Counted from the first letter of the whole stretch, positions 1 to 12,233 are shown. The stretch is DNA of 62,873 nucleotides, filler included, from Dugesia japonica (GCA_001938525.1; 5 parts of 5 records of this genome joined end to end with filler, not necessarily neighbours in it), one strand, 5' to 3'. The notes: a model not told the origin generated them from the letters alone. Program-made: numbers and translations.

Positions 1-1469
1 ATACTTAATGGAAAAACTTATTTAATCACATTTCTATTAAATTAAGTGAAATCTGAGGTTTAAATTATCGCGCAGCATAGTTGCTTGGTTACCTGGATAT
101 TTTCGTTCATCGATTAGGTGGATACACACATGTTCAGATACTGCCCACGTCCAAATCGTCTAAGCACGCTGTATGACACACCAGTGTTGAATTACATTCT
201 CGATTTACCGATGATAATTATGTAAATTGATGTGGTTCAATATAATAAACCTACCACACATGTCAAATGAGCAAAAATAATTTCATCAATATTAGGGTGA
301 TCGGAATTCGAGTTACCATGTGAGGTCATCTGATATATTGGCAAACTCTTAACTATCAGGCTCAATAAACAATAATGAAGATTTNNNNNNNNNNNNNNNN
401 NNNNNNNNNNNNNNNNNNNNNNNNNNNNNNNNNNNNNNNNNNNCACATTACTTACTAATGAATTGATATAATCTTGCTGCAACGGGTAGAAAATGATAAA
501 TTAGCTGGTCCGACGGCAAATAAGAGATAGGACTTGATTTAGATTCTTTTCAACTGCTGGCTTCCTTTCAATAACACTAGTTATCACTTTCCTTTTTTAA
601 CTGAAAATTAGTATAATAATTTTTTCGTAAAGTGCTTAATTTCTTTGAAAATACTTTAGCTGTATAGACGATTGTGGTTATTTGATTGTTGATGATGACT
701 CCTCTTTTTATATATATCTTCTGCTAAATTTGGAATTTTTTGTAGTTGTTTTCTGCTAAAGTCGGGGGTCCTTTTATAGGATTTTCTCATACACCCCGGC
801 ATCATTCTTATTGGTTTTTTATTTTTAGTTTGAAATCACGGATTTTCATTGGCGTTGGTATCACTTTTCTGAAATTTCATGGAGTTTTCTGTGATTCCGT
901 TGGTAGTTATTTTTGGATCATCAGGTGATCTTTTGTTCTTCGTTATATTTTTATTTTTAGATCTCCTATTGGTCCGATCTTGGGGACCCTGCAGCAACCT
1001 TCTGGAAGGTGGTAAGTTTTTCTTCTTAGTAATTTTAACTGCACCTTGATATTCTCTTTCTATATTTTCTTATCCTGCTTCTTTCTGATTTCCCGGTGTG
1101 AAATTATTCGGATAAAACGAATTTTTGTTAATTTCGCTTTTTTTATTTATTTAAAATTAATTAATATTTTTCTTCTGTTAATTGATTGCTTTCATACAGA
1201 TTTTCTTGGTTTTTTTTATTATTATTTAATAATTCTTCTCAATTCCGGTAACGACATGGGTGGTTTTATAACACTTAGTTCGTAGACCCCACCTTCGATG
1301 GTATTTTATTCTTCTTTACTGGTTATTTCCGTTACAATCTTTCCAAATTATAATCGCTTTCTTCTTTTAAATTCCATTATAAGTAAATTTGCGGGTTCTA
1401 CTGCTCTTCTTTGCCGATTGTGGATTTTTTGGTCTAATTAACTTTCTTTACGGGTGTTCCACCCCAACA
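1..1469 (-). mobile_element. Long terminal (LTR-like) region of a sister retroelement, minus strand, running off the window start
   Basis: Reverse strand starts TGTTGGGGTGGAACACC at 1469. It is colinear-homologous to 1541-3450 (shared blocks AAAATATTAATTAATT, AAAAATTCGTTTT, CACCTGATGA, CCGTTGCAG, TTAGTAAG, TGAACATGT). TATAAAAG occurs on the minus strand at 771-778. Confidence 0.65.
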
Positions 1470-1540
1470 ATAATATAATTATTACGATAATTTAATGAAA
1501 TTTTTAAATTTTATTATTTTTTTTATTATTTTTATATGAC

Positions 1541-3475
1541 TGTTGGGGTGGAACACCTAGTGAATTAAACAAAACCACATAAGTTCCAGTCTGTAAAGAA
1601 GAATAGTAAGGGCATCACAAGGGCCCGTTAAGAAAGGAAACAGTTCCGATCATAAATCAGATGCTACATATAAATCTTTAAATGAGTAAAAAACTCAGAA
1701 GATTGGCCATGGGAAAATTGGGTGAATAAAAGTGATGCACACCAATCACAGGAATTAAAAAAATTACCAAAATCAATAATAAAAACAAGAAAATCATTAA
1801 TAAAATAACTATCGTAAAAAGAAAAAATATTAATTAATTCAGAAATAAATTAAACCAAAATTAACGAAAAATTCGTTTTNTACGAATAACTTTACCACCA
1901 AAAGACACAGGAGCTGGGCAGAAGAAAATTTGGGAAGGATTTGGATCGGGTCATCGGAATGTTGACACAAGAAACTAGTACCACCATCTGGAGAACCTCC
2001 ACGAGGATGTTAAGATTGGTTCAATAGCATCCTGAAATTTAAAAAAATAAAACAAAGCATTAAGCCTCACCTGATGAGTTAAAAATAACCGCCAATTGGA
2101 ATTCTAAAACTTTGAAAGATTTTTAGAAAATTGGCAGTAGAACCAATCGGAAGCAATAAATACAAATTAAAAATAACCAACGAATACGAAAGAAGTTGGG
2201 GTGCGAAGAAAAATCGTATGAAAGAACCCCTGAAATTAGCAAAAAAGGCATTCATTTTTCAACTTCAACAAATACCAACAGAATTACAAACTTTATCTTA
2301 GGAAATTCATTACAAAAGAAATTGTTTACCACAATAATAATAGCCGAAGTAAGAGTACCAGTTATCGCANATCAATTGAGTAAATCTATTATTTGGATTG
2401 TGAGTTAATTTGAAATTTTTTGAGAAAGCAGAAATTACCTATATTCCGGAAAATTGTTAATTTTCTTCACCGAAACCGTTGCAGAATCTTTTGGAAATTA
2501 TTTTATTAGTAAGCGATATGTTTATATTATAAATAAATATTATAATTTCTAAAATAGTTTCATGTATGTTTTTTAATTTATATAATGTTAATAAGATATT
2601 TATAAATGAAGTTATAAATTTTCCATTTCTATCGATACTAAGTCATGATCATTGATGAGCGACGCTCACTACTNNNNNNNNNNNNNNNNNNNNNNNNNNN
2701 NNNNNNNNNNNNNNNNNNNNNNNTCTTAGGAAATTCATTACAAAAGAAATTGTTTACCACAATAATAATAGCCGAAGTAAGAGTACCAGTTATCGCATAT
2801 CAATTGAGTAAATCTATTATTTGGATTGTGAGTTAATTTGAAATTTTTTGAGAAAGCAGAAATTACCTATATTCCGGAAAATTGTTAATTTTCTTCACCG
2901 AAACCGTTGCAGAATCTTTTGGAAATTATTTTATTAGTAAGCGATATGTTTATATTATAAATAAATATTATAATTTCTAAAATAGTTTCATGTATGTTTT
3001 TTAATTTATATAATGTTAATAAGATATTTATAAATGAAGTTATAAATTTTCCATTTCTATCGATACTAAGTCATGATCATTGATGAGCGACGCTCACTAC
3101 TAATCGGATCAATAAAATAAAGTGAGCCTAGTAAATTAATCTATACCAGAATATCATCACGCATAATTGATCATTTCTCGCACATGCACTGTACAACAAT
3201 TATTGCCGTTGATTAACACTAACATAATGATTTAGTAGTTGGTGGATGATTCATCAAAATAACTACTCAACATAGTGAGGAAATTGAATAATTTTTTGTT
3301 TGTAAAATATTTAACTTTCAGGCACATACATCGTTATTTCCTGATTAGGTGTGTATTGAACATGTCCCTACTAACACACAAACGACCTTCATGGTGCTAG
3401 GAAACAAATAGCGCCCAAATTTAATTTAAATTAAAATCTATTTATTTCTAAATACTTGTAATTTTTTAACTCCTA
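1541..3475 (+). repeat. Putative very long 5' LTR (at least ~1.5 kb after removing the gap duplication; end not defined)
   Basis: Begins TGTTGGGG, has no convincing ORFs and is homologous along its length to the inverted copy at 1-1469. Confidence 0.55.
2296..3101. repeat. ~378-bp near-exact duplication on both sides of an N gap (probable assembly artefact)
   Basis: 2296-2673 is identical, apart from one N, to 2724-3101, with 50 N between them. Confidence 0.85.
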
Positions 3476-3949
3476 NNNNNNNNNNNNNNNNNNNNNNNNN
3501 NNNNNNNNNNNNNNNNNNNNNNNNNNNNNNNNNNNNNNNNNNNNNNNNNNNNNNNNNNNNNNNNNNNNNNNNNNNNNNNNNNNNNNNNNNNNNNNNNNNN
3601 NNNNNNNNNNNNNNNNNNNNNNNNNNNNNNNNNNNNNNNNNNNNNNNNTTACTATATTTTATAGTAGTGTTATTAAAGTTATTACTACCCAGGTTTATGG
3701 CATCATTGCTGTTACTATCTACGCGTATTATCGATTAAAACTATTATGGTAGACTTTACTAAAAGTATGATGTAAAGATAGTAGTGCTGTTGCGATTATT
3801 TCCACTTCTCACCCTAACTAGTAGGTTCAGGCTCTTGAACATCACATGGGGTTAAAAGGAATTTCGTTGTTTCAATATTAATGAAGTCATGANCAACATG
3901 ACTTAATGATCATCAGCAACAAATGTGTAAATATTAACTTGGTGAGAGT

Positions 3950-4162
3950 TTGGTAATATGGATCTGTTTTAGAAATCCTATGTCTGAATTATTTCTATTG
4001 ACCCTTCAATTAATACAACGAGAGCGCGAACAATCACGTAAACGGCAATTAATAGGACATCTCATAGCCCCGTGTCTGGTTATGCATCCCGACGAAACAG
4101 ATTTAATTTGCTTCACCGAGATGATTTCGTTGCCATTGAAAACGGATATGAATGAGAAATGA
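3950..4162 (+). pseudogene. Small Arg-rich ORF, paralog A (QREREQSRKRQL...HPDETDL)
   Basis: Ungapped 49-codon homology to 5933-6079, with substitutions biased to codon position 3. Confidence 0.5.
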
Positions 4163-4823
4163 TAATGAAACTTATTTCGTTGAAATAAAATATAGGATGG
4201 CCTAAAGCTCTAATTTTTAAATTTTATTGTTTATTGATGATTATATTAACCTTTATAATTAAATAAAATCTCTATTNNNNNNNNNNNNNNNNNNNNNNNN
4301 NNNNNNNNNNNNNNNNNNNNNNNNNNNNNNNNNNNNNNNNNNNNNNNNNNNNNNNNNNNNNNNNNNNNNNNNNNNNNNNNNNNNNNNNNNNNNNNNNNNN
4401 NNNNNNNGAGAATCCAAAATTTTGGCGAGCGGCTAAATTTCGAGCAATGGAATGGGCCAGAGCGAAATCACACAACGGCGTTCCAGTATCAACCTCCGGC
4501 CTCACCCCAACTCGTGCAGGCTTTCATCACTAACTTGCTCTGAGGCGTTAGGGAACCCTCTAGTATGGAGGATGCCGAAAGCGCCGCTTCTACCACGGAC
4601 CCCACAACTAATCCGCAGTGACTCTATTGTTTTATGATTAGAATGTAGAAATAAATACGTGTCTTTGTTTAATATTATCTTGCTTCGTTTCCTTCAGGGT
4701 TTTAATAAAGAACATTTTTAATAGTGTGATAAGTATATTTTGCTGTCCTAAAATTGGGAAGGGTTTCGTGTACTTCAGTAACATCGATAATAGTATATTT
4801 AGTAAACATTTACTATTTTGTAG

Positions 4824-5259
4824 TGCATTCCTCTCTGAACAGTCCTTCAGCTCCTACCAAGAAGATAAGAGACACCAGCGAGGGCCAAGAAATAACTTGG
4901 GACCTCTATTGCCTGGCAAAGCGACGCTGAGAGGCAAAGATAGCCATCGCCAAAAGTAAGGTGAGCCGGTATAAAAAGAAATGCCTAGCATTCAAGGCAG
5001 AAGCCGAAGCNNNNNNNNNNNNNNNNNNNNNNNNNNNNNNNNNNNNNNNNNNNNNNNNNNCCTAGCATTCAAGGCAGAAGCCGAAGCTTCACATAAACAG
5101 GAAAGAGTCTGGAAGGCTCAATTAGAATCTTTCCTTGAGATTATCCAGTCCTACCACGACCGAGAGAATAAACTGGTTGAGGATATTCACAAATTGAAAG
5201 CTGCAATGCCCCTCGAACCATTAATGGTCAACAAGGGTACACAGTTTCCGAGGGTTTAA
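4824..5259 (+). pseudogene. Upstream accessory coiled-coil ORF with PSAP motif (one internal stop)
   Basis: After the acceptor-like TTTTGTAG (4823) one frame reads SLNSPSAPTKKIRD...LYCLAKRR*EAKIAIAKSKVSRYKKKCLAFKAEAEASHKQERVWKAQLESFLEIIQSYHDRENKLVEDIHKLK once the gap-flanking duplicate is collapsed. GC content is higher than in the flanks. Confidence 0.45.
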
Positions 5260-5929
5260 GATCTGCCCTTGCATAAATAAATGTTTTAATATTAAACTTT
5301 ATTTTAATTCTATTACTTTTGCTAGTTAATTGGCCTGTTTGTCGCCTAACAAATAAACTAATGTTATATCTTGTTAAGTGCCGCGAATTACGTTCCCAAA
5401 CAGCCTGAGAAGGTGTCGCCGAATAATGCGACGTCATTATATGACCGAATATTTATAATGGTTTTTAACAACTAAAATCATGGGGATAAGAATAAATAAG
5501 ATTCTAATTATAACTAACAACAGTTAATAACATTTAAATAACATTATAATAAGGATATATAATCATATATGGAAATCATAACCTCCGTATAATTATTAAA
5601 ATAATAATAAATGGGTGTCTTATTAGTGTAATAATTGATGGTTAAACATTCACTTTTAGGGATATTAAAATTCATATCGTCACCACTGAAACTACTAACT
5701 AGCATTATTAACCGAATCCTGTGGACGCAAATCTTACCAAATTTATGGGGAAAAGGAAATAGTGCTATTTGCGACTTACCCTGATACTTACCTTGACTAT
5801 TATATTGAGCACTCTCAGAAGTGAATTAATTCTTGTCATATTCAATTATAGTAAAGTCGCGAGTGTTGCTTTTACCGGTGAACAATAAAAACCTGTGGAA
5901 TAACTAATTTTTTGCAAATGGTATAATAA

Positions 5930-6080
5930 TTGTGCATCAGTTTCAGATACTCCATGTCGAATATACTCCTATCGACTATTCAATTCATTCAACGAGAGCG
6001 CGAACGATCACGTAAAAGGCAATTAATCAGGCATTCCATAGCTCCCAGTCTAATTAGGCATCCTGACGAAACGGATTTAC
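5930..6080 (+). pseudogene. Small Arg-rich ORF, paralog B (QRERERSRKRQL...HPDETDL)
   Basis: Paralog of 3959-4105; weaker homology extends upstream (about 5650-5930 vs 3660-3950). Confidence 0.5.
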
Positions 6081-6095
6081 AAAAGAGAAAAGAAA

Positions 6096-6608
6096 GTGAA
6101 CTGGAAAATGGTAACCGGAATCTTTCGTTTCCTAACAAAAACAATGGTACTCGACAGCCATTCAAAGGATATCGATAGAGTAAAACGGTTTATCCGTAAG
6201 CTGGGTCAAATAAGAGGCTCGGATAAGGAAGTCGTAATGCAACTCCAACTATTATGCAAAGAGATGAGTAAAAGTAAAAAGAAAATATCTTATTTCAATC
6301 AATTTAAAGAAAGATTTAAGAACCGAGATGATAGCAGTAGCAGCAGTGATGATAACAGAGGAGAAAGCAGTAGATTACCCAGCGCATCCAGTTATAAAAC
6401 CGCCATGGAATGTAAAGCGGAATTCAAAAGGAAACAATATATAAAAACCAGTAAAATGCAACGATTGAAAAACGCGTTGAAATTCGGAGGAAGTGAAAAT
6501 ACACCTGCACAGATGTATTACAACGCATATCCACAACATGGATATGAACCAACAATGAACCAGCCAATGATTCAGTCAATGAACCAACAACCATCACAGA
6601 TATGGTAA
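6096..6608 (+). pseudogene. ORF in the gag position (basic, Ser-rich, Gln/Pro-rich tail); no recognisable capsid or CCHC motif
   Basis: 170-aa ORF directly upstream of the protease; assigned by position only. Confidence 0.35.
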
Positions 6609-6617
6609 CAAGGCCCA

Positions 6618-7090
6618 ATGTACGGCTCCACGTATCTGGGTTCACCACAGTTACTTAACATAGCATTGCTAACGGATAGCAACGTATCACAATTACCAGT
6701 TAACGATAGGAGGACAAACGACCAAAATTTGAAGTCAACTAATAGTCAAATCACAGAGAATGACAAGTTAGAAACACAAACGGTATGTATGATGACTACC
6801 CAGAGAACAAAATTACTACAGAAAAAGATAAAAGTGGACGGAAGATGGGTAACCGGTATTATTGATACTGGAGCAAGTATGTTACTAATCCACAAAAGGA
6901 TGATAGAGGAACACCGTCTACCAATGATAAGAATTACTAAAGGAGATTTCACTACGGTATCCGGAGAAAAAAATATCTTTACTAGGTGAAGCGATATGTA
7001 TAATCGAGAATGATGGAATTTGACTACATCACAAGATACGAATAATGAATGAATTGACTTGATTGTCTACTAGGACTGGACATCATACCA
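6618..7090 (+). pseudogene. Retropepsin-type aspartic protease
   Basis: IKVDGRWVTGIIDTGAS catalytic motif and a C-terminal DCLLGLD motif near 7061-7082 (frameshifted). Confidence 0.85.
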
Positions 7091-8594
7091 ATACTATGTC
7101 CCAACGGGCTATTAAACTTAAGAAAACTATCCCTCCATAATACGACAAACAAAGGAGAACGACTGCAATTGGCGATGCAGGACTATTGCCCATTATTGAA
7201 ATTTAAAACTGGGAAAGCAAATTCGAATGCCGATTGTCTATCAAGAATCGATGGACCGGATGAAGCCAACAATCCACCTGATAATTCTGAAACATTTACG
7301 CTGCGTGATCTGCTCGAAAAGAAAGTGGGAATGGTTTATTTTATATTAGCCGAAAATCCAAATTTTGACGGGATAAAGCCAGCACAAGCGGATGATGAAG
7401 AGATAAGGATCATTACAAAATGCATTGAAAATTACAATCTCGAAAAATTGGAATGCAAACCCAAAATAAAAGAGCTTTTAAAGAAGAATCGAGGTTGTTA
7501 TCCATTATCAACCAAAGGCTGGTTGACAGCTTAAGACGGCAAAAATACTGTGTTGGTCATTCCAAAATCCAGGCGGGACAAACTTTTGCAACAATATCAC
7601 AATGGAGTATTGGAAGGACACATATCCAATAAGAAAACTGAATCGAAACTAAGACAGAAATATTACTGGTCCCACATGACTGAATCGGTTAAAGAATGGA
7701 TCACAAAATGTCAAATATGTGCCGCCAGGAGTGGTACAGAAAAACGAGTGAAAGCCCTATTAAAACCTATCACTGCAGCTAGTACCTGTAGCTCCGATGG
7801 AGATTATAGCTATGAATGTAGTTGGACCATTACCGCCTACATTGCGTGGAAATATCTATATACTAACAATAATGGATTATCTGTCGAAATTCCCGGAAGC
7901 ATTCCCAATGAAAAACCAGAAAACAACCAAAATAGCAGATATACTAGTGAGAAAACTTTTCAGCAGGTATGGCACGCCCAAGAAAATACTAACCGATCAA
8001 GGAAAAAACTTTATGAATAACATATTAGCAGAAATATCGAGTTTCCTCAAAATACACCAATTACGAACATCACTTAATCATCCACAAACGGATGGCCTAA
8101 CGGAACGATTTAATAAAACGTTGGTCAATATATTGTCCAGTTATGCATAAAAGGAACAGAATAATTGGGATAAGCATATTCAGTTGTGTTTATCCGTGTA
8201 TCGAATGCGTATCCNNNNNNNNNNNNNNNNNNNNNNNNNNNNNNNNNNNNNNNNNNNNNNNNNNNNNNNNNNNNNNNNNNNNNNNNNNNNNNNNNNNNNN
8301 NNNNNNNNNNAAGATGAAACCGATTTTGTAGCAAATTTCAAAGAAACTATGCAGAAAATATGAATACAAGCCAAAGAAAATGTGGGATTTTAGCAAGAAA
8401 GCTAGAAAGATTTGCATGATAAAACAGCAGCCCAACATGCATTCAAGAAGGGCGATATAATATTAATCAATTTGCCGAATATTTGTGTCGGTATCACGTC
8501 GAAATTAAAAGAACCATGGCAAGGGCCATATGAGGTGATTGAGGTAACCGAAACTAACCTCAAGGTTCGAAATCTATCACGAAAACCTGTGTAA
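7090..8594 (+). pseudogene. Pol remnant: RNase H C-terminus plus integrase (zinc-binding, catalytic core, GPY/F)
   Basis: RLQLAMQDY..KTGKANSNADCLSR; H-NGVLEG-H...YYW...CQIC; VVGPLP...IMDYLSKF...LTDQGKNF...HPQTDGLTERFN; WQGPYEV. Confidence 0.92.
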
Positions 8595-8604
8595 AAAGCC
8601 TGCA

Positions 8605-10345
8605 ATGACAGACGAAAATACTCAGGCTACAAATATTACGCCAGCTACAACGGAGCCTAGGCGGTCAGGTAGGCCTCGCAAATCTGAAACTATGGAATCC
8701 ACTATCTCACATAGTTACCCTTTACGACTACAACAAGCTATGATGATACTCGGTAAAGCATCAGTACTAGCATTCTCACTAGGTCAGTTGAGTCAGCGCA
8801 TTAAAGAGCTGGGTACCACAACGTTGTACTTCAAAATACCTCGAAGGACCCGTGCGCCAGTGGCAGACAGCAGTTGTATTCATCTTACACAAATGAAATG
8901 TCCTTTCTCACCAACAGTCATTGAAGCAAGTTGTCTTACATGTGTAAGGAAAATCAAAACCATTTTGAAATCGACTTTACGAGCTGTTTCCACCCAAAGA
9001 ATTTGGTTGTTACAATAGGATATCTCTAATACAAAACAATGCAGGAAAATACACGGCGAGCTATCAATTCAAGCACTGTTGTCACAAGACACGATAAATG
9101 CGTTATGCGAACGTTGTATCAGTATTTATAGTGAAACGTTGACAACGGCAATTGAAAACTTCCACCTCATATTACTGGTCTAGGATTGGTTGGTATTACG
9201 GTCACAACCAGTCGATCCTCCACCATGAAGAGGGTTGGAATGATTACTACGAAAAAGAAGTCTCAGCGAAGACGCTGAGTCTGAAGAGAACAGGGAGGGA
9301 GAATTAGTAGAAAAGAATGAAGTCCAGTAGCTGGAAACGATCTTACAACCAGCAAAGGAGGAGGAAATAATAACCGAGTTACAGAAGATAACTCCAATGG
9401 TAAAAAAGCAGCCTTGGATTATGCTGACAGGCAAAGAAAGGCAAAGAGAATAAAAGGCGAACGGGCCTTTGAGGATTATCAGATCAAGGCCGAGAAACAA
9501 AAAGTAGAAGTTGAAGAAAGTACTAAGTCACTAAATAACTCGTTACCCGCCAAAGAATTAAGGCGGTCGAGTAAAGCGTGTATACCTAAAATAATCGACA
9601 CACCGAACTCTAATTTTCTTTTTCAGTCACAATAGACCATATCGATAAATAATAACAGATCACTTACTGCACTACAAAATATTAAAACCATATCTTTTAG
9701 TTCAGATAATCAAATGCGTCGGCAACTTAAAATCGAAGTCATGAACGCCATTATGATATATCCGATCATATGTAGAGGAAACCAGATACCGGCGTCAGAA
9801 GAAAGCTACATCCATATTACACGAATAATATGCCCACTCTCAACAATACAATTAGAAGAAAGCTGTCTCCAATGTATAAAAAACTCAAATTATCTTAAAA
9901 ACCTCATTAAAAGCCATTCACAATCAGCGAACATGGTTATCTAAACGAGAAAATTAGTTCAGAAAAGATTGTGATGGATCATTAATTGAAGCACCGATCC
10001 AGGCACCTATTCGCCAAAATATCATCAAGNATCTATGTCTGCTGTGTACGGATATTTACAGAGACGAATTACTAGCAGCTACTCACGTTTTTCACCGTAC
10101 ATTGGTACAATGGAATTGGATAAGAGTCTACGAACCTTCAAATATCCAATTGCCATGGGGGATGATTGGGTTGCCCATACAAAGAGAATACGATATAAAA
10201 AATGCTGAGGAGCCAGACACAAAAATAGACAAATTAATTCCAAAAGAACCGGAATCAGACAACATCGGGAATGCTGACAAGGAATTACAAAACCTTGTGA
10301 GGATAATGGAAAAGACATTCAATAATCATTGGAATGACTTGGANN
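8605..10345 (+). pseudogene. Tandemly duplicated Cys-rich accessory domain downstream of integrase (two copies)
   Basis: Copy 1 (~8830-9230): IHLTQMKCPFS..EASCLTC..ILKSTLRAVSTQRIWL..IQA..LCERCISIY..FH. Copy 2 (~9750-10165): IHITRIICPLS..EESCLQC..ILKTSLKAIHNQRTWL..IQA..LCLLCTDIY..FH. Confidence 0.7.
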
Positions 10346-10395
10346 NNNNNNNNNNNNNNNNNNNNNNNNNNNNNNNNNNNNNNNNNNNNNNNNNN

Positions 10396-12142
10396 AATAA
10401 TAAAAAGGGAAAGGAGACACAAGAAAATCCACTATCACAGAGAAACACGGGCAGTGTTATATATATATTCGAAGTAATAGTTAAAATGATCTTGTCACTA
10501 TGGGCACTAATCAACACAAGCTGTGATTATGACATTTTAGTGTGGATAATTCTGAAACTCGTCAGAAATCTAGGGAGGGGTTACTCAGCAATAATGATTA
10601 TATACGGAATTATAGGATTAATTTTATTATGATTATCAACGTCAGTCTTAGCAACTCAACAAATGCAGATAATACCTCAGAACGAAATACCTAGTGGACA
10701 AATCATACTAACTACCGTGCTAATAACTTTAAGAAGGATAAGAAGCTAGGAGTGCTGGGCGAATGAAGCTTTACTAACAGAGCATAAAATAGTGGTCGAG
10801 GGTCAAAAACCGCAATAAGGACTATGAGTACTGACGGACGAAACAGGGAAGTAAACATTCAAGAATCATTCGGTCACGAAATAGTAGTCATAAAACCCAC
10901 TATCAAAGGGCATGACGAGACAAAGTTATTATTAGTTTGGAAAGGTTGGATGGCAGAAATATGGTACCGAGGCGATATAACCGTAGAAGGTCAAGAAATG
11001 CAGTTTAACATGAAACATTGGTGGATGGAAACATCACAAGAATTCTAAGGAAAATATCATAAACCTACCAGAACATACGATCAGAAAATGTGGTTTGAAA
11101 TGAGTCGTTTGCTTAACATTCTAATCTACTATATAGCCGATGAAAGTCTCCAAAAAGGGTGGAAAATTATAAGAAAAGGTGGTGAAAGTTTAAAAATCTG
11201 CCAACATAATGAGTACACCTACCATATCGATTTTCGAAAAATATGATAAAGGAAACAACAAACAAAGAAAAAAAAGGATATTAATGGAGCAAAGAAGGAT
11301 AGCCATGTACCGAGGAACATGGTTAAACGTTGTGACTCAGTATATTTTTGGTAAATGGGGACCCCNNNNNNNNNNNNNNNNNNNNNNNNNNNNNNNNNNN
11401 NNNNNNNNNNNNNNNNNNNNNNNNNNNNNNNNNNNNNNNNNNNNNNNNNNNNNNNNNNNNNNNNNNNNNNNNNNNNNNNNNNNNNNNNNNNNNNNNNNNN
11501 NNNNNACGGGAATGAAGAAGTAACAAGCTATAAAAAATCCTTACAAGAATCCGGAGCAAACATGGGGAATTTCAGCTCAGAAATGTGGGAAATAGAATTC
11601 ACCACTGTCATAAACTGGGATAAAATAATAAGGCTAGGTACCCCAAAACCAATCACCAAAGAGATCACCATGACATCTACTACAGAACCCCCAACCACAA
11701 CAAAATGAAGAAATCAACTACAATAATTAACGAAAAAAAAGATTCAAAGAAAACAAATTTCTTAAATAGACTAATGTTAAACTTACACAATTTCAAATCA
11801 AGAGAGAACCAGGTGGCACCATGGGATATGCCCACCATACAAAAAATATCAGTCACAACTCCTCAAAACACAAAAACCGGAACAGATTATACGATAATAA
11901 TCGGAAGTGTCGTCGCTGCAATAACAATAATAGGTGTTGCATACGTATGTCTATGTGGAAGGGCAAAAGCTAAGAAAAAGAAACATACTCGAAGTAGAAG
12001 GGAACGATATTTACCGGTAGCCCCACCAAATTACGAATGGATGCAACCAGAGATAATATCGAACGAACTACCCATGTATCTGCCTAGACCCTATCATGCA
12101 CCGGGGGTAATGACTTGCTTAATAGACATTAGTTCTGTGTAA
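10396..12142 (+). pseudogene. Env-like type I membrane protein (disrupted)
   Basis: Hydrophobic signal-like stretch MIIYGIIGLILL*LSTSVLA (~10594-10653), Trp-rich ectodomain, Thr/Pro-rich stalk (TSTTEPPTTT), TM helix YTIIIGSVVAAITIIGVAYVCLC (11888-11956), basic stop-transfer KAKKKKH and cytoplasmic PPNY. Confidence 0.6.
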
Positions 12143-12233
12143 ATAGTGTAAAGTGTACTAAACTAATAATGATAAACAACTGTATATACATGTAAAAATA
12201 ACTATAGTATTGATTAATTCTTCACATTCAAAA

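Noticed and set aside
2071-2095. CTGATGA-GTT..AAC as a hammerhead ribozyme in the LTR-like region
   Set aside because: No GAAA after the stem, and the stem is not conserved in the inverted copy.
2296-3101. Tandem 378-bp direct repeat (also the short duplicate at 4984-5010 / 5061-5087)
   Set aside because: Identical copies directly flank 50-N gaps, the typical signature of unmerged contig overlap.
3959-4105. Cys-rich minus-strand reading (SSGCITRHGAMRCPINC)
   Set aside because: In-frame stops occur in both paralogs, and the substitution pattern favours the plus frame.
4423-4445. TGGCGAGCGG as primer binding site of the giant element
   Set aside because: Only about 8 nt resemble a tRNA-Arg complement, and no LTR-terminal CA lies directly upstream (a gap is adjacent); unsupported.
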